Source of the DNA: Bacteroidota bacterium
GTDB taxonomy: Bacteria > Bacteroidota > Ignavibacteria > UBA10030
Length of the DNA stretch: 64,000 nt
Assembly (NCBI GenBank): GCA_026416125.1
Contig: JAOAFT010000004.1
Span: forward strand, 70,448 to 134,447
Direction of reading: 5' to 3'
Program-made: the position numbers and the translations under genes
Notes under the pieces: model-generated
The model's database searches: none
What the model was told of the DNA's origin: nothing
The model's input: the letters and a program-made list of their open reading frames with translations, nothing else
In this document: one piece after another, positions 29,568 through 40,064 of the stretch
How positions within the stretch are numbered: position 1 is the first letter of the stretch
Layout: each line of letters begins with the position of its first letter

Positions 29568-30428
29568 ATGAAGTATGGGTATTTCCTCTCAGCAGCTATT
29601 ATTTTTGTCGGTTGGAATCAGCTCTTTGCACTCATTGAAAGTCGACATCGTGAGTATCCACACACGAGAGAAGAACAACTTCGGGTTGAAGTAGAGCTAT
29701 CGTTTGGGGAAGTACAAATTCTAAAAGGGGGGAATCAGAGAGTCGCAATTATCGATTATGAAGAGTACGGAAAAGAATCCCAGAAATTTCAGATGTCCTA
29801 TCAGCTTGAAGGAACAAAAGGAGTTCTTCGGATCACTCTAAAGGACAACGTAGGCTTATTTACTACAAGTAACGAAGAACGGAAAAATTACAGAAAATTG
29901 ACACTCTGCATTACTGACCGTATTCCTGTTGAGATGGACGTAGCGATAGGTGCAGGGAAGTGTTCACTGAATCTTTCGTACATTTTACTTGAAACACTGA
30001 AGTTGAGTACAGGAGCCAGTACAGTGGAACTATGGTCGGAAGTTCCAAATAAAGTGACAGCCCGAATAATAACGATCGAAAGTGGAGTCGGGAAATTCAC
30101 AGGCCGTAATCTTGCAAATCTCAATTTTCAAGAATTGAATTTTGAAGGGGGGGTTGGTGCCTATACACTCGATTTCGATGGAGCGTTGAAACAGTATGGT
30201 AAGGTGAACATTGAAGTTGGTATAGGATCGGTAACTCTATATATCCCGACACGAATCCAAGCCAAAATCAAGCGGGATGGGAACTGGCTCTCGGGGTTTC
30301 GAATAAGTAATGATTTTGAAAAGCACTCCCGCGGTCACTACCAATCAAAAAACTTTGTCGATACTATTCCGCATATCGATATCAAAGTTGAATCTGGTAT
30401 CGGCAGTGTGAGCATTAAGCAAAAATAG
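29568..30428 (+). CDS. membrane-anchored all-beta repeat protein (DUF4097-like), possible partner of the upstream ECF sigma
   Basis: N-terminal TM (YFLSAAIIFVGWNQLFALI). The rest shows repeated V/I-x-V strand patterns with GxG turns, typical of beta-helix 'putative adhesin' proteins found after ECF sigma genes. Confidence 0.5.
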   Translation: MKYGYFLSAAIIFVGWNQLFALIESRHREYPHTREEQLRVEVELSFGEVQILKGGNQRVAIIDYEEYGKESQKFQMSYQLEGTKGVLRITLKDNVGLFTTSNEERKNYRKLTLCITDRIPVEMDVAIGAGKCSLNLSYILLETLKLSTGASTVELWSEVPNKVTARIITIESGVGKFTGRNLANLNFQELNFEGGVGAYTLDFDGALKQYGKVNIEVGIGSVTLYIPTRIQAKIKRDGNWLSGFRISNDFEKHSRGHYQSKNFVDTIPHIDIKVESGIGSVSIKQK

Positions 30429-30492
30429 ATTTTAAACTCCCTACCCCTATAATTTTATTGCGTTTTAGTGAGAACTCCAATAACTTGTACCT

Positions 30493-31572
30493 ATGAATAT
30501 CAAATTAGAAGATTTAGGATATACAGAAGAAGTAGCAAAGTGTGCTGAACCTTACCACGCTGGTGGGTATACAATTGCCCGTGTTACGCAAATGGTAAAG
30601 CAGCGGTATCTTGTCCGTACGGAGGCACTCGAAATTCCCGCAGAAGTTTCGGGTCGTTTTATGTTTACTTCCCGTACGCGGGAGGAATATCCTGTGGTAG
30701 GTGATTGGGTTGCTGTCACACTCCATGATCAGGATACACACGCTGTTATCCATCATGTTTTACCTCGTCGAACAGTTCTCCAACGACGTGCTCCAGGGAA
30801 ACGGATCGAAAATCAAATTATTGCCACCAATGTTGATGCTGTCTTTATTATTTTCCCTCTTAATCAATCGTGGACACCTCACGCACTTGAACGGTATCTT
30901 ATTCTTGTGCGGCAGAGTGGTGCACAACCGTACGTTTTCCTAAGCAAACGAGATGTTTGTACAGACGACCATGTACGAGATGTTCTTGGTCGAATAAGTA
31001 CTGTATGTGCCAATGAAACCGTCTCTGCATACTCACTCTACGACGCTGCGGATATTCACTACATTGCTTCGTTCATTCATCGAGGAACAACATTTTGCCT
31101 CATTGGCCCATCGGGCGCGGGAAAGTCTTCTCTGATTAATGCGCTTGTGGGGAAAGAAGTTCTCCCAACAGGTGAAGTCCGTGAGTACGATGCCAAAGGT
31201 CGACATATCACTACGAAACGTCAATTGGTAGTCCTTGAGAAGGGGGGCGTTCTCATCGATACACCAGGAATGCGAGAAGTTGGGCTGTGGCAAGCAGAGG
31301 ATGGTCTTTGGGAAACATTTGATGATATACTTGAAATTGGAACAGCTTGCAAGTTTAGAGACTGTACTCACACACATGAACCACAGTGTGCCGTACGGAA
31401 AGCAGTAGAAGAGAAAATATTAGCCGAAGATCGGTACAATAGTTACATTCGCTACTACCAGGAGCTCCATGAGCTGGCTACTCACCTCAATCCAAAAGAA
31501 CTGAAAGAACGCCGTGAATTAGAACAGCGGAGAAGTAAGCAGGAAAAAATTTTGAAGCTTAAAAAACGATAG
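30493..31572 (+). CDS. rsgA: ribosome small subunit-dependent GTPase A
   Basis: OB domain, circularly permuted GTPase (NVDAVFIIF...LSKRD...GPSGAGKSSLINAL...DTPG) and a C-terminal zinc finger (CKFRDCTHTHEPQC). Confidence 0.85.
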   Translation: MNIKLEDLGYTEEVAKCAEPYHAGGYTIARVTQMVKQRYLVRTEALEIPAEVSGRFMFTSRTREEYPVVGDWVAVTLHDQDTHAVIHHVLPRRTVLQRRAPGKRIENQIIATNVDAVFIIFPLNQSWTPHALERYLILVRQSGAQPYVFLSKRDVCTDDHVRDVLGRISTVCANETVSAYSLYDAADIHYIASFIHRGTTFCLIGPSGAGKSSLINALVGKEVLPTGEVREYDAKGRHITTKRQLVVLEKGGVLIDTPGMREVGLWQAEDGLWETFDDILEIGTACKFRDCTHTHEPQCAVRKAVEEKILAEDRYNSYIRYYQELHELATHLNPKELKERRELEQRRSKQEKILKLKKR

Positions 31573-31614
31573 AGCAGAAAGAGCCGATAGTACTATAGCT
31601 CACACTGTACAGGT

Positions 31615-34527
31615 ATGAAAAAACCTGTATACTTCTACGAGCAAAGGACTGAGGTGCATTGTATGGGGGTATCATTCTCAGAAACAGTACTTTCTTTACT
31701 TCGGGATGAGTACGAACAGAAGAAGCTAACACTTCGAACGATAACTCTCTTTGGAGGAAAACGTGTAGCGACTTTTGCTGGATTTGTGTACTACTGTTTC
31801 GAAGTACCGGAAGAAACGGTACCACAGTGGGGCAAAATAGTAACGTGCACAATAGGGACGAAGGAACAACTTACTTTCGAAGGATACATTGTTGAACTCG
31901 AAAATCAATTTCTTACGATTGCTTTTCCACATGATTTTGGTGTTGATGTACCTGAAGTCCAATGCCTCTGGCGTTTAGAGCAAGTGTACACGTGTCTTCA
32001 CAATCTTCTACAGTCAGAGCAGGTTCGGGAATTTGTTGCAACTCAACTTTTTTCACCTACAAAAGTCCCAAACACACATTGTGTGTATTCTGAGCCGTGG
32101 ATCCCGGAACAACACTTTCCTGAACAAAGAGAGGTTGTTCAAAAAGTGTTTAGGAACAAAGTAACCCTTATATGGGGGCCTGCTACTTCGGGAAAATCGT
32201 ACGCACTCGCGCTTGCAGCTGTGAACTACACAATGCTTGGCAAAACAGCACTTGTGGTAACTCCAACGAGTACTAAAGCAGATGCTCTCTTTCTGCAGAT
32301 CCTTGCGATTGCACAACAGTCGGGAGTACCACATGAACGTGAGTACACACGGTACGGCTTTCCCATGTCAAATACATTGAGATGTATTACAGGATATTCA
32401 TTTGCTGAAGAAGTAGAAGCATTGAAAGAAAAGAAACGAGCGGGAGTTCGAGATCAATGGTTACTTCTAGAAAAGTATAAAAACCTAAAACGAAAACAAG
32501 TACTCAATGAATATTTTTATCGATCGGTACAAGAACTTCGAGAACAAGTAACAGGGTTGAGAGCGCAAATATCAACCCTCGAACATGAAATCGAAGACTA
32601 TACTCGTCAAATAGAATTACACAATGGTTCGTCGTTACTTCAGCGAGTTAAGAAAGGTTTTTCACGGGAAGAGCGGGAAACCCTTCAAAAACGGTGCACC
32701 GTAGCAAAACAAGAATTGAAGTATCTCACTACACTCCAGACGAAACTCAGTGAGACAATAACATTAAAGGAACTTGGTGCCCCTATCACTGTTGATGAAT
32801 GGAAAGAATATAGGGATGTGCTCCGACAAATTGATGAATTCGGTGGTCTGGAAACTGTCCAGAGAAGTGTGGATGATTTTGTCCATATCAATGAAAACAT
32901 GGTGTTTCTCTCGAAGCGTTTGGTGTGTGCGGATACTGCAGAAATTTTTGCTCACCCAATGCTCTGGGAACGTCGCTATGATATCGTGCTTGTTGATGAT
33001 GTACAGTACGTCGATATACCAACACTCTATGCTCTTTCTATGCTTGCACGTGAGAAAGTTGTTGTTGCTGGTGATCCCTTGTGCTACAACCAGGATATGC
33101 TGGCTCTAAGTGTCCCGAAAGACCAACAATGTTCACGCACTATTTTCCAATGCATAGCACATACAAGTGAGCTTCATAAGTTACTCATGTGGTCAAAACA
33201 GAACGACGATTGGGTTGTTCTAATGAAATCACATATTACTTCAATCCCGAAGGTGTCATCGTTCATTTCTTCTGTACTCTATGATGATGGAATTACTATT
33301 TTTATTAACCCACGTTTGAAAGGGAAACTGTACTTCATTGATACAACCTCACTTCAACCTGAATGTAAACAGTACATTGGGAAGAAGAAAATTGTACCAT
33401 TCAACGAACAACATACCCGTGTTGTTCTCAATTGTGTAAAGCATGCTTTGTTGAAAGATAACCGCACGGGAAATGATATAGGTATTGTTCTTCCTTTTAC
33501 AGGACCAACACTCTATACGAAGCTCCAAGTACGTTTACAGGGTATGAAGAACATCGAAGTTGGCACTCCAAATAACTTCTATAATCGGCGAAAACCTGTG
33601 ATTATTTTCGATACTACTATGGCTGGTGTCGATTACACAATGCGTCCACTAGACGATAAGAAAGTGGGGAAACAGAAAATACTAGAACTGTTGAATACGG
33701 TGTGCTCATGTGCAAGTGAAGATCTCTACATCCTTGCAGATCTTTCTCACTTTAAAAATGTATACAAAGATCGGCTCATTACTCAACTGCTCCACACATT
33801 ACACGCTGAAGCTGATGTTCGAGAGATTTCATTCGATGAGGTACTCCAACGATACCAAGGAATTGATCTGCGAAAACGGGAGGCTCTTTTTGCCCTTACT
33901 TCTGAAGTACAACGACCTGAAAGTATCAAGAAAAATACGAAGTCTGTGCAGGAAGAAGATGCAGAGTTTGCCTTGCGCATGAAAATGATGACAGCAAAAA
34001 AAACAGAACCCCCAATAGCTACAATGTCGAAAAACGAAGAACGGTTCTATACTACTGTTCACCGCGTGTTGGGGTACTGGCGCGATATCAATCTTCTTGC
34101 TCAGTATACAGGATACGGCATAGTGTTCCATAGCTCATTAGTTGCAGAACGAAGTGTGACTGTTCTACCGTTTGAGAACTGTGATTCAGATAAACAGTTC
34201 CGAATACTCGTTGAACAATGGAACCACATCATTTATGAATTATCAGGGGGAAATGAACCGTTCTCTGAGTGGTGTTTGCAGCGGAACATCGAAACACGAC
34301 CTCGCTACGATATTTTTAAGCTCAATGCAGTCCTTAACTCTCGGGCAGAGGCATTACTCCAAGAAGGGAAACAAAAACTAGCAGCAGATGTTACACGAAT
34401 ATTTCAAGAAATACTTGGTAAACCGCAACCGGTCACGCCAAGTGATTGGGAAACACTGTACTACAGCATGTTGGTACGATTAGAAACGTACCTTCATTGG
34501 ATTGAGGAGCAGATTCGAAAAGGGTAG
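31615..34527 (+). CDS. SF1 (Upf1/DNA2-like, AAA_11/AAA_12-type) helicase-family protein, 970 aa, with unassigned N- and C-terminal domains
   Basis: Walker A IWGPATSGKSYALALAA. A ~200-aa coiled-coil insertion (KEKKRAGVRDQWLLLEKYKNLKRKQ...LQTKLSE). Walker B YDIVLVDDVQYV. Motif III-like VVVAGDPLCYNQ. Motif V/VI-like IEVGTPNNFYNRRKPVIIFDTT...SCASEDLYILAD. Confidence 0.7.
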   Translation: MKKPVYFYEQRTEVHCMGVSFSETVLSLLRDEYEQKKLTLRTITLFGGKRVATFAGFVYYCFEVPEETVPQWGKIVTCTIGTKEQLTFEGYIVELENQFLTIAFPHDFGVDVPEVQCLWRLEQVYTCLHNLLQSEQVREFVATQLFSPTKVPNTHCVYSEPWIPEQHFPEQREVVQKVFRNKVTLIWGPATSGKSYALALAAVNYTMLGKTALVVTPTSTKADALFLQILAIAQQSGVPHEREYTRYGFPMSNTLRCITGYSFAEEVEALKEKKRAGVRDQWLLLEKYKNLKRKQVLNEYFYRSVQELREQVTGLRAQISTLEHEIEDYTRQIELHNGSSLLQRVKKGFSREERETLQKRCTVAKQELKYLTTLQTKLSETITLKELGAPITVDEWKEYRDVLRQIDEFGGLETVQRSVDDFVHINENMVFLSKRLVCADTAEIFAHPMLWERRYDIVLVDDVQYVDIPTLYALSMLAREKVVVAGDPLCYNQDMLALSVPKDQQCSRTIFQCIAHTSELHKLLMWSKQNDDWVVLMKSHITSIPKVSSFISSVLYDDGITIFINPRLKGKLYFIDTTSLQPECKQYIGKKKIVPFNEQHTRVVLNCVKHALLKDNRTGNDIGIVLPFTGPTLYTKLQVRLQGMKNIEVGTPNNFYNRRKPVIIFDTTMAGVDYTMRPLDDKKVGKQKILELLNTVCSCASEDLYILADLSHFKNVYKDRLITQLLHTLHAEADVREISFDEVLQRYQGIDLRKREALFALTSEVQRPESIKKNTKSVQEEDAEFALRMKMMTAKKTEPPIATMSKNEERFYTTVHRVLGYWRDINLLAQYTGYGIVFHSSLVAERSVTVLPFENCDSDKQFRILVEQWNHIIYELSGGNEPFSEWCLQRNIETRPRYDIFKLNAVLNSRAEALLQEGKQKLAADVTRIFQEILGKPQPVTPSDWETLYYSMLVRLETYLHWIEEQIRKG

Positions 34528-34942
34528 GCAATGTTGGTAGGGGTTCTTAATGCAACCAACAGCACGGTGAGTATGTAAATGTGAGGAGTTTTAGAGAAAT
34601 TTGGACAAACAAGAAGTGATCATGAAAAGGAAGAACATGTGTTTTCTACAAATGTCTCACTTATAGTTGCTGTATCTCGTTGGCTAGTTCAGCAGAGATA
34701 ACATGTTCTTTGCGTTTCGACATGAAATATGAGGGTAAGCTCAAAGTAAAAAGGTGGATAATCTTGATAATAACTGGCTCGATTGGTATATTGTAAACGT
34801 ATGGTAGCACAAGTATACCACTGGAAACTTGTCAGTAGCCTCGAGTCAACGACCTCTTGTTGTTGTCTTACCACGCTACGTTAATTGCACTTAACATTAC
34901 CCTTTATTCCTTATTTTATAGTTAACCAAAATCCACTTAATA

Positions 34943-35824
34943 TTGAAACGGTGTACTGCTATGAATACACAATTCGAATATCAAAACAACCTTCAAGCAT
35001 TTGCTACTACCTTGAAGCAGAGGCGTGAACACCACAACCTCGGAATCGAACTTAAGAGAGAATCACAGGAGTTTGTCGATACGCTATTAAGTATTCTCTT
35101 TCCTCATTTCTCCAGGGAGAGTGCTATTACCGAGTATGAAATACTTGCTCATCTGGCACTTCTTGAACGAGATCTAAAGAAGATCCTAGTACCTGTTCTC
35201 CGGGAAAGCTCACTATCACCTGAGGATGTCGCTCACCGTTTTATAGAATCGTTGCCACGTATTCACGATTTGCTATGGAAAGACGCCGAAGCTATTAACG
35301 AAGGTGATCCAGCTGCTGAGAGTGTTGACGAAGTAATACTAGCCTATCCTGGTTTCCTCGCTATTGCAATGTATCGGATCGCCCACGAATTTTACTTGAT
35401 GCACGTTCCAATATTCCCTCGACTCATTACCGAGTATGCACACGAGAAAACAGGAATCGACATTCATCCGGGTGCGCAAATTGGTACCTCGTTTGCTATT
35501 GATCATGGAACAGGGATCGTTATTGGTGAATCGACAATTATCGGTAACAACGTAAAGATTTACCAAGGTGTAACACTTGGTGCATTGAGTGTTGATAAGA
35601 AACTTGCAAAGTCAAAACGACATCCAACAATTGAAGACAATGTGGTGATCTATGCACAAGCAGTTATCCTCGGTGGTGAGACGGTTGTTGGACACCACAG
35701 CATTATTGGAGGAAACGTTTGGCTTACTCACAGTGTACCACCATATTCTGTTGTCTATCAGGAACAGCAATCGCATGTGCACAGTAAAAATGTGCCTGGC
35801 GAATCACTTGTATATTACATTTAA
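34943..35824 (+). CDS. cysE: serine O-acetyltransferase
   Basis: SATase N-terminal helical domain and hexapeptide region (DIHPGAQIGTSFAIDHGTGIVIGESTIIGNNVKIYQGVTLG). Confidence 0.85.
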   Translation: MKRCTAMNTQFEYQNNLQAFATTLKQRREHHNLGIELKRESQEFVDTLLSILFPHFSRESAITEYEILAHLALLERDLKKILVPVLRESSLSPEDVAHRFIESLPRIHDLLWKDAEAINEGDPAAESVDEVILAYPGFLAIAMYRIAHEFYLMHVPIFPRLITEYAHEKTGIDIHPGAQIGTSFAIDHGTGIVIGESTIIGNNVKIYQGVTLGALSVDKKLAKSKRHPTIEDNVVIYAQAVILGGETVVGHHSIIGGNVWLTHSVPPYSVVYQEQQSHVHSKNVPGESLVYYI

Positions 35825-35843
35825 TTAAAAGGAGGGTTACTAA

Positions 35844-36758
35844 ATGAAAGCTACATCTATTCTCAACCTCATTGGGAATACACCTCATCTCCGGTTGCAA
35901 CGACTCTTTCCAAACACAGAAGTGTGGGTAAAGCTTGAGCGCGCGAATCCAGGTGGAAGTATAAAAGACCGTATTGCGCTTTCGATGATTGAAAACGCCG
36001 AACAAAGAGGAATTCTTACACGGGAAAGCGTTATTATTGAGCCAACCTCTGGCAATACCGGAATTGGGCTTGCGATGGTTGCAGCGGTGAAGGGTTACAA
36101 AGTGATTCTCGTTATGCCAGAGTCGATGTCGCTCGAACGGCGTCGGTTACTGAAAGCGTACGGTGCTCAACTTGAACTTACTCCACGCGAAAAAGGGATG
36201 AAAGGAGCAATCGAACGTGCCAAGGAACTAGCATCACAAATTCCCCATGCGTGGATTCCACAACAATTCGAGAACGAAGCGAATACTGAAATTCATCGTA
36301 GAACCACTGCCCAAGAAATCCTTGCTGATTTCCCTGAAGGGTTCGATGTTCTCATTACTGGTGTTGGTACTGGGGGTCACATTACTGGTTGCGCTGAGGT
36401 TCTTAAGCACCATTTCCCAAAACTCAAGGTCTTTGCTGTAGAGCCAGCACAGTCACCAGTACTCAGTGGTGGCCAACCAGCTCCGCATCCCATTCAAGGT
36501 ATTGGAGCTGGATTCGTGCCAAAAATACTGAATGTTTCTATTCTTGATGGAATTATTCAGATTTCGAAGGAGGAAGCATTTGAGTATGCCCAACGTGCGG
36601 CACGTGAAGAAGGTCTCTTCATTGGAATTTCAAGTGGTGCATCGTTAGCAGCAGTAGCCAAAAAAATCCCTGAACTTCCGAAGGGGAGTCGTATTCTGAC
36701 TTTCAATTACGATACCGGTGAACGCTATCTCTCTATTGAGGGACTGTTTCCACAATGA
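35844..36758 (+). CDS. cysK: cysteine synthase A (O-acetylserine sulfhydrylase)
   Basis: PLP-lysine context [38 protein letters not shown]. Confidence 0.9.
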   Translation: MKATSILNLIGNTPHLRLQRLFPNTEVWVKLERANPGGSIKDRIALSMIENAEQRGILTRESVIIEPTSGNTGIGLAMVAAVKGYKVILVMPESMSLERRRLLKAYGAQLELTPREKGMKGAIERAKELASQIPHAWIPQQFENEANTEIHRRTTAQEILADFPEGFDVLITGVGTGGHITGCAEVLKHHFPKLKVFAVEPAQSPVLSGGQPAPHPIQGIGAGFVPKILNVSILDGIIQISKEEAFEYAQRAAREEGLFIGISSGASLAAVAKKIPELPKGSRILTFNYDTGERYLSIEGLFPQ

Positions 36759-36843
36759 ATGCGGCTCTGAAGATTTTACTGAAATCAAACTACTGTCTAA
36801 GGAACAAAATTCTTCTTGTAGTCGTTTAATAAAATATAGAATA

Positions 36844-37218
36844 ATGAAGCAATTATTAACCATAGGGATACTTACGACATATTTGGTTGTAGCTATCGGT
36901 GTCCCACTTTTGTTGCATTTTTGCGCAAACGACCTGTCGTCAATACGCTTCTTCTTTATCGATTCACCATCATGTGGATGCAGTGATAATGAGTGTTCAA
37001 CAGAATGTTGCACAGAAGTTCTTCATCTCATCCAGTTCAAAGAACCACAAGGAAATGGTGTACTTCAACTTCTTCTGAAATACACTGCTGATTATTCACA
37101 CGTTCCCCCATTATCCAAAGATCATTTCGCTCGCTGGAACTTGAGCGATTACCATCCCTCAGCAAGGTACTCTACCACGCTATTCCTGTTTCTTCTACAT
37201 TGTACACTTCTCGTGTAG
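36844..37218 (+). CDS. small Cys-rich membrane-anchored protein (hypothetical)
   Basis: Internal Met of a 166-aa ORF. One TM helix, then CGCSDNECSTECC. It lies just upstream of the HMA and TonB-receptor genes. A weak call. Confidence 0.3.
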   Translation: MKQLLTIGILTTYLVVAIGVPLLLHFCANDLSSIRFFFIDSPSCGCSDNECSTECCTEVLHLIQFKEPQGNGVLQLLLKYTADYSHVPPLSKDHFARWNLSDYHPSARYSTTLFLFLLHCTLLV

Positions 37219-37384
37219 GTATACATTGTGCTCTCCACACTTGCACTCAGCACATGTTACCAAAGTGTGCCGTTGGGTATAATGAAAAACCCGAATACTT
37301 TGGAGCAATAAGTTACTAAAAATCCTCCATAGCCGTATGTGCTCGGACTTTACTACAGTGTACAATGTTTGAACAAGGTGTTGT

Positions 37385-37720
37385 ATGGTAATGACTGCTA
37401 AACTTATAGTTTGCTTTGTAGTTTTTTTAGGTATCATCCTTCCCCAAGTGGAAAATATTGTAGAAACAAAGTTTTATGTTTTTGGAAACTGTGCCCATTG
37501 CAAAACCCGTATTGAAAATGCTCTTAAAATTCCTGAGGTAGTATCCTCACAATGGAGCATATCAACGAAGTATGTACGTGTGGTGTACAATCCACGAGCT
37601 ATTTCTCTCGATTCACTCCAGAAACGTATTGCAGCAATCGGTCATGATACCGAACAACATCGGGCTCCAGATTCCGTCTATAGCTCTCTTCCAAAGTGTT
37701 GTAAATACCGCAGACAATAA
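37385..37720 (+). CDS. heavy-metal-associated (HMA) domain protein with N-terminal signal/anchor
   Basis: Hydrophobic N-terminus, then the GNCAHCKTRIENALK CxxC metal-binding motif in a ferredoxin-like HMA context. The C-terminal CCKY adds more Cys. Confidence 0.6.
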   Translation: MVMTAKLIVCFVVFLGIILPQVENIVETKFYVFGNCAHCKTRIENALKIPEVVSSQWSISTKYVRVVYNPRAISLDSLQKRIAAIGHDTEQHRAPDSVYSSLPKCCKYRRQ

Positions 37721-37841
37721 ATCATCACATACCTGTGGATGGAACGAAATGAGGTAGATGCTTTACTACTTCGTTGTTTACTTAAAGTGGATGTTGTTGC
37801 AGAGAGAGTGTCTAGTACAAATGTATATTGATGAGGTGCGT

Positions 37842-40064
37842 ATGAAACTAATGCACAGCGTTTTGCTTTTTCTTTCTTTTATAATTCCACTCTACAGTCA
37901 AACTCTCTTACAAGGCGTTGTTGTACGAGAAGAAAACGGCGATGAAATTCCTCTCATAGGTGCATTAGTCAGGTGGAAGGGTACATCAATTGGCACCACT
38001 ACAAATGAAGAGGGTCAATTTTCAATCCCCAGAACACGAGAAACGAACCAACTTATTGTTAGCTACATTGGGTATCGCAGTGATACTGTCGATGCAGCAA
38101 TGAAACATTTTATTAAGGTTATACTTACACCAACACCACAATCAATTGCGGAGGTAACAGTCGAAGGGGAACGGTTACCGAGATACATTGATTATTCAGA
38201 TCCCTTCAATAAAAACGTAATAACAGAGAAAGAACTCTTCCGTGCTGCATGCTGTAATCTTTCAGAAAGCTTTACCACAAATCCATCTGTTGATGTAACA
38301 TTCACCGATGCTATTACCGGAACGAAACAAATAGAAATGTTGGGACTTTCTAGTGTATACACTCAAATAACAGCGGAGAATATGCCATTCATACGTGGTT
38401 TTCTTTCCAACGTGGGCTTAACGTTTATTCCTGGCCCATGGATTGATGTCATCAATGTGTCAAAAGGTATAGGTTCTGTCGTTAATGGTTACGAATCAAT
38501 CACCGGACAAATAGATATTTCATTTCGACAACCCAATGATGAAAATCAAAAGACGATTTTCCTAAATCTTTACGGCAATCATGAACAACGGTACGAGGCA
38601 AATCTTAATATTCGGAATGAGATAACAGAACACTTACATTCAATGACATTCCTCCATGGAAGTACACAGCGCCACGCAATTGATGGTAATCGTGATGGTT
38701 TCCTTGATAGTCCGTTATTTTCAACAACGAATCTCCTCCAACTCATAGGCTATCGCGATGAAACTGGTTTTGAGAGTCACTTTGGTGTCCATCTTCTTGA
38801 TGAGACAAAGCACGGTGGTACGTACGATCGAGACCCTCCTACATCGTATCACTTTAATGCACAACACTCGTTAGTACGAATGTTTTGGAAGTCTGGGATC
38901 GTTGACCAAACGCATGAAGGGAGAAGCATAGGGCTGCAATGTTCGTACACAGAATATCGAAGTAAAAATCAATTTGGAGTACACCCATACGAAGCTCGTG
39001 AACAAAGTGGGGGTATTAACCTAATTTACCAAGACCACGTTGGAAGTGAACTACACACGTATCGAACAGGTATTAGTTTCCTTTACGGTTTGTACAAGGA
39101 ACGCTTTGACAGAGTACCCTTTGCACGTCTTGAACGAATTCCAGGAATTTTCGTCGAGTATACATTTACACCGAATGAAGACGTAACTGTTGTCGCGGGA
39201 GTTCGTTTTGATAAGCACAATGCATATGGCACGATGGCAACTCCACGAATTCATCTCCGTTTGAGTCCAACACCAGATTGGGTATTCCGTTTTTCAGGAG
39301 GTCGAGGGTTTCGAACAGCAAATATCTTTGCTGAAAACACATCAGCCTTAACAAGTGGACGAGCAATACGTATAATTCCAACGAATAACATCGGATATGG
39401 CATGCTCCAGGAAGCAGCGTGGACATTTGGATTCAACCTTGTTCACTTCTTTTTGGTGAACTCACATGAAGCAACCGTCGCAGTCGATGTGTATAGAACA
39501 ATGTTCGATCGGGTTGTACTCGTCGATCTTGACTCTGATGCAAGTGAAGTACGGTTTTATTCCGTAGCGAACGGTGCAGTTTCAACAAGCATTCAATGTG
39601 AAACAACTATTCGACCATTCAAGCACTTTCTTATTTCAACTGCTTATCGATACCTTAATACACGCCAAGCGTATGCCGGTGTATGGAAATTACGACCGTT
39701 CACAGCAAAACATCGTGTACTCGGAACGTTATCCTATCAATTTGAACAAGGGGAAAAAGTTTGCACACCCTCAACAATCGATCTTACAATTCAATGGTTT
39801 GGGGAAAAGCGGTTACCACCAAGTGCTTCAAATGTTATTGGTGAAGAAAATTCACCGTCGTTTGCAGTTGTTAATATTCAATTGACTACTTCGCTTACAA
39901 CACACACAGAACTTTACTCTGGGGTTGAGAACCTCTTTGATTTCAAACAATCGCGAGTAATTATTAACGGTGATGTGCCACTACATCCTACTTTTGATGC
40001 TTCTCGCATTTGGGGACCTCTTATGGGGAGAATGGTATACCTTGGGATAAGGTATAGGCTCTAA
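37842..40064 (+). CDS. TonB-dependent outer-membrane receptor with N-terminal carboxypeptidase-regulatory-like domain
   Basis: Signal peptide (MKLMHSVLLFLSFIIPLYSQ). CarbopepD_reg-like domain (LQGVVVREENGDEIPLIGALVRWKGTSIGTTTNEEGQFSIP). Plug domain, then a long beta-barrel region ending ...VYLGIRYRL. Confidence 0.85.
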   Translation: MKLMHSVLLFLSFIIPLYSQTLLQGVVVREENGDEIPLIGALVRWKGTSIGTTTNEEGQFSIPRTRETNQLIVSYIGYRSDTVDAAMKHFIKVILTPTPQSIAEVTVEGERLPRYIDYSDPFNKNVITEKELFRAACCNLSESFTTNPSVDVTFTDAITGTKQIEMLGLSSVYTQITAENMPFIRGFLSNVGLTFIPGPWIDVINVSKGIGSVVNGYESITGQIDISFRQPNDENQKTIFLNLYGNHEQRYEANLNIRNEITEHLHSMTFLHGSTQRHAIDGNRDGFLDSPLFSTTNLLQLIGYRDETGFESHFGVHLLDETKHGGTYDRDPPTSYHFNAQHSLVRMFWKSGIVDQTHEGRSIGLQCSYTEYRSKNQFGVHPYEAREQSGGINLIYQDHVGSELHTYRTGISFLYGLYKERFDRVPFARLERIPGIFVEYTFTPNEDVTVVAGVRFDKHNAYGTMATPRIHLRLSPTPDWVFRFSGGRGFRTANIFAENTSALTSGRAIRIIPTNNIGYGMLQEAAWTFGFNLVHFFLVNSHEATVAVDVYRTMFDRVVLVDLDSDASEVRFYSVANGAVSTSIQCETTIRPFKHFLISTAYRYLNTRQAYAGVWKLRPFTAKHRVLGTLSYQFEQGEKVCTPSTIDLTIQWFGEKRLPPSASNVIGEENSPSFAVVNIQLTTSLTTHTELYSGVENLFDFKQSRVIINGDVPLHPTFDASRIWGPLMGRMVYLGIRYRL

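Noticed and set aside
34528-34942. 415-bp intergenic region upstream of cysE examined for a tRNA or riboswitch
   Set aside because: No cloverleaf-compatible segments (no GTTCGAATC-like T-arm, no conserved D-arm) and no obvious conserved stem architecture. It is likely just a promoter/leader region, but covariance-model scanning was not possible here.
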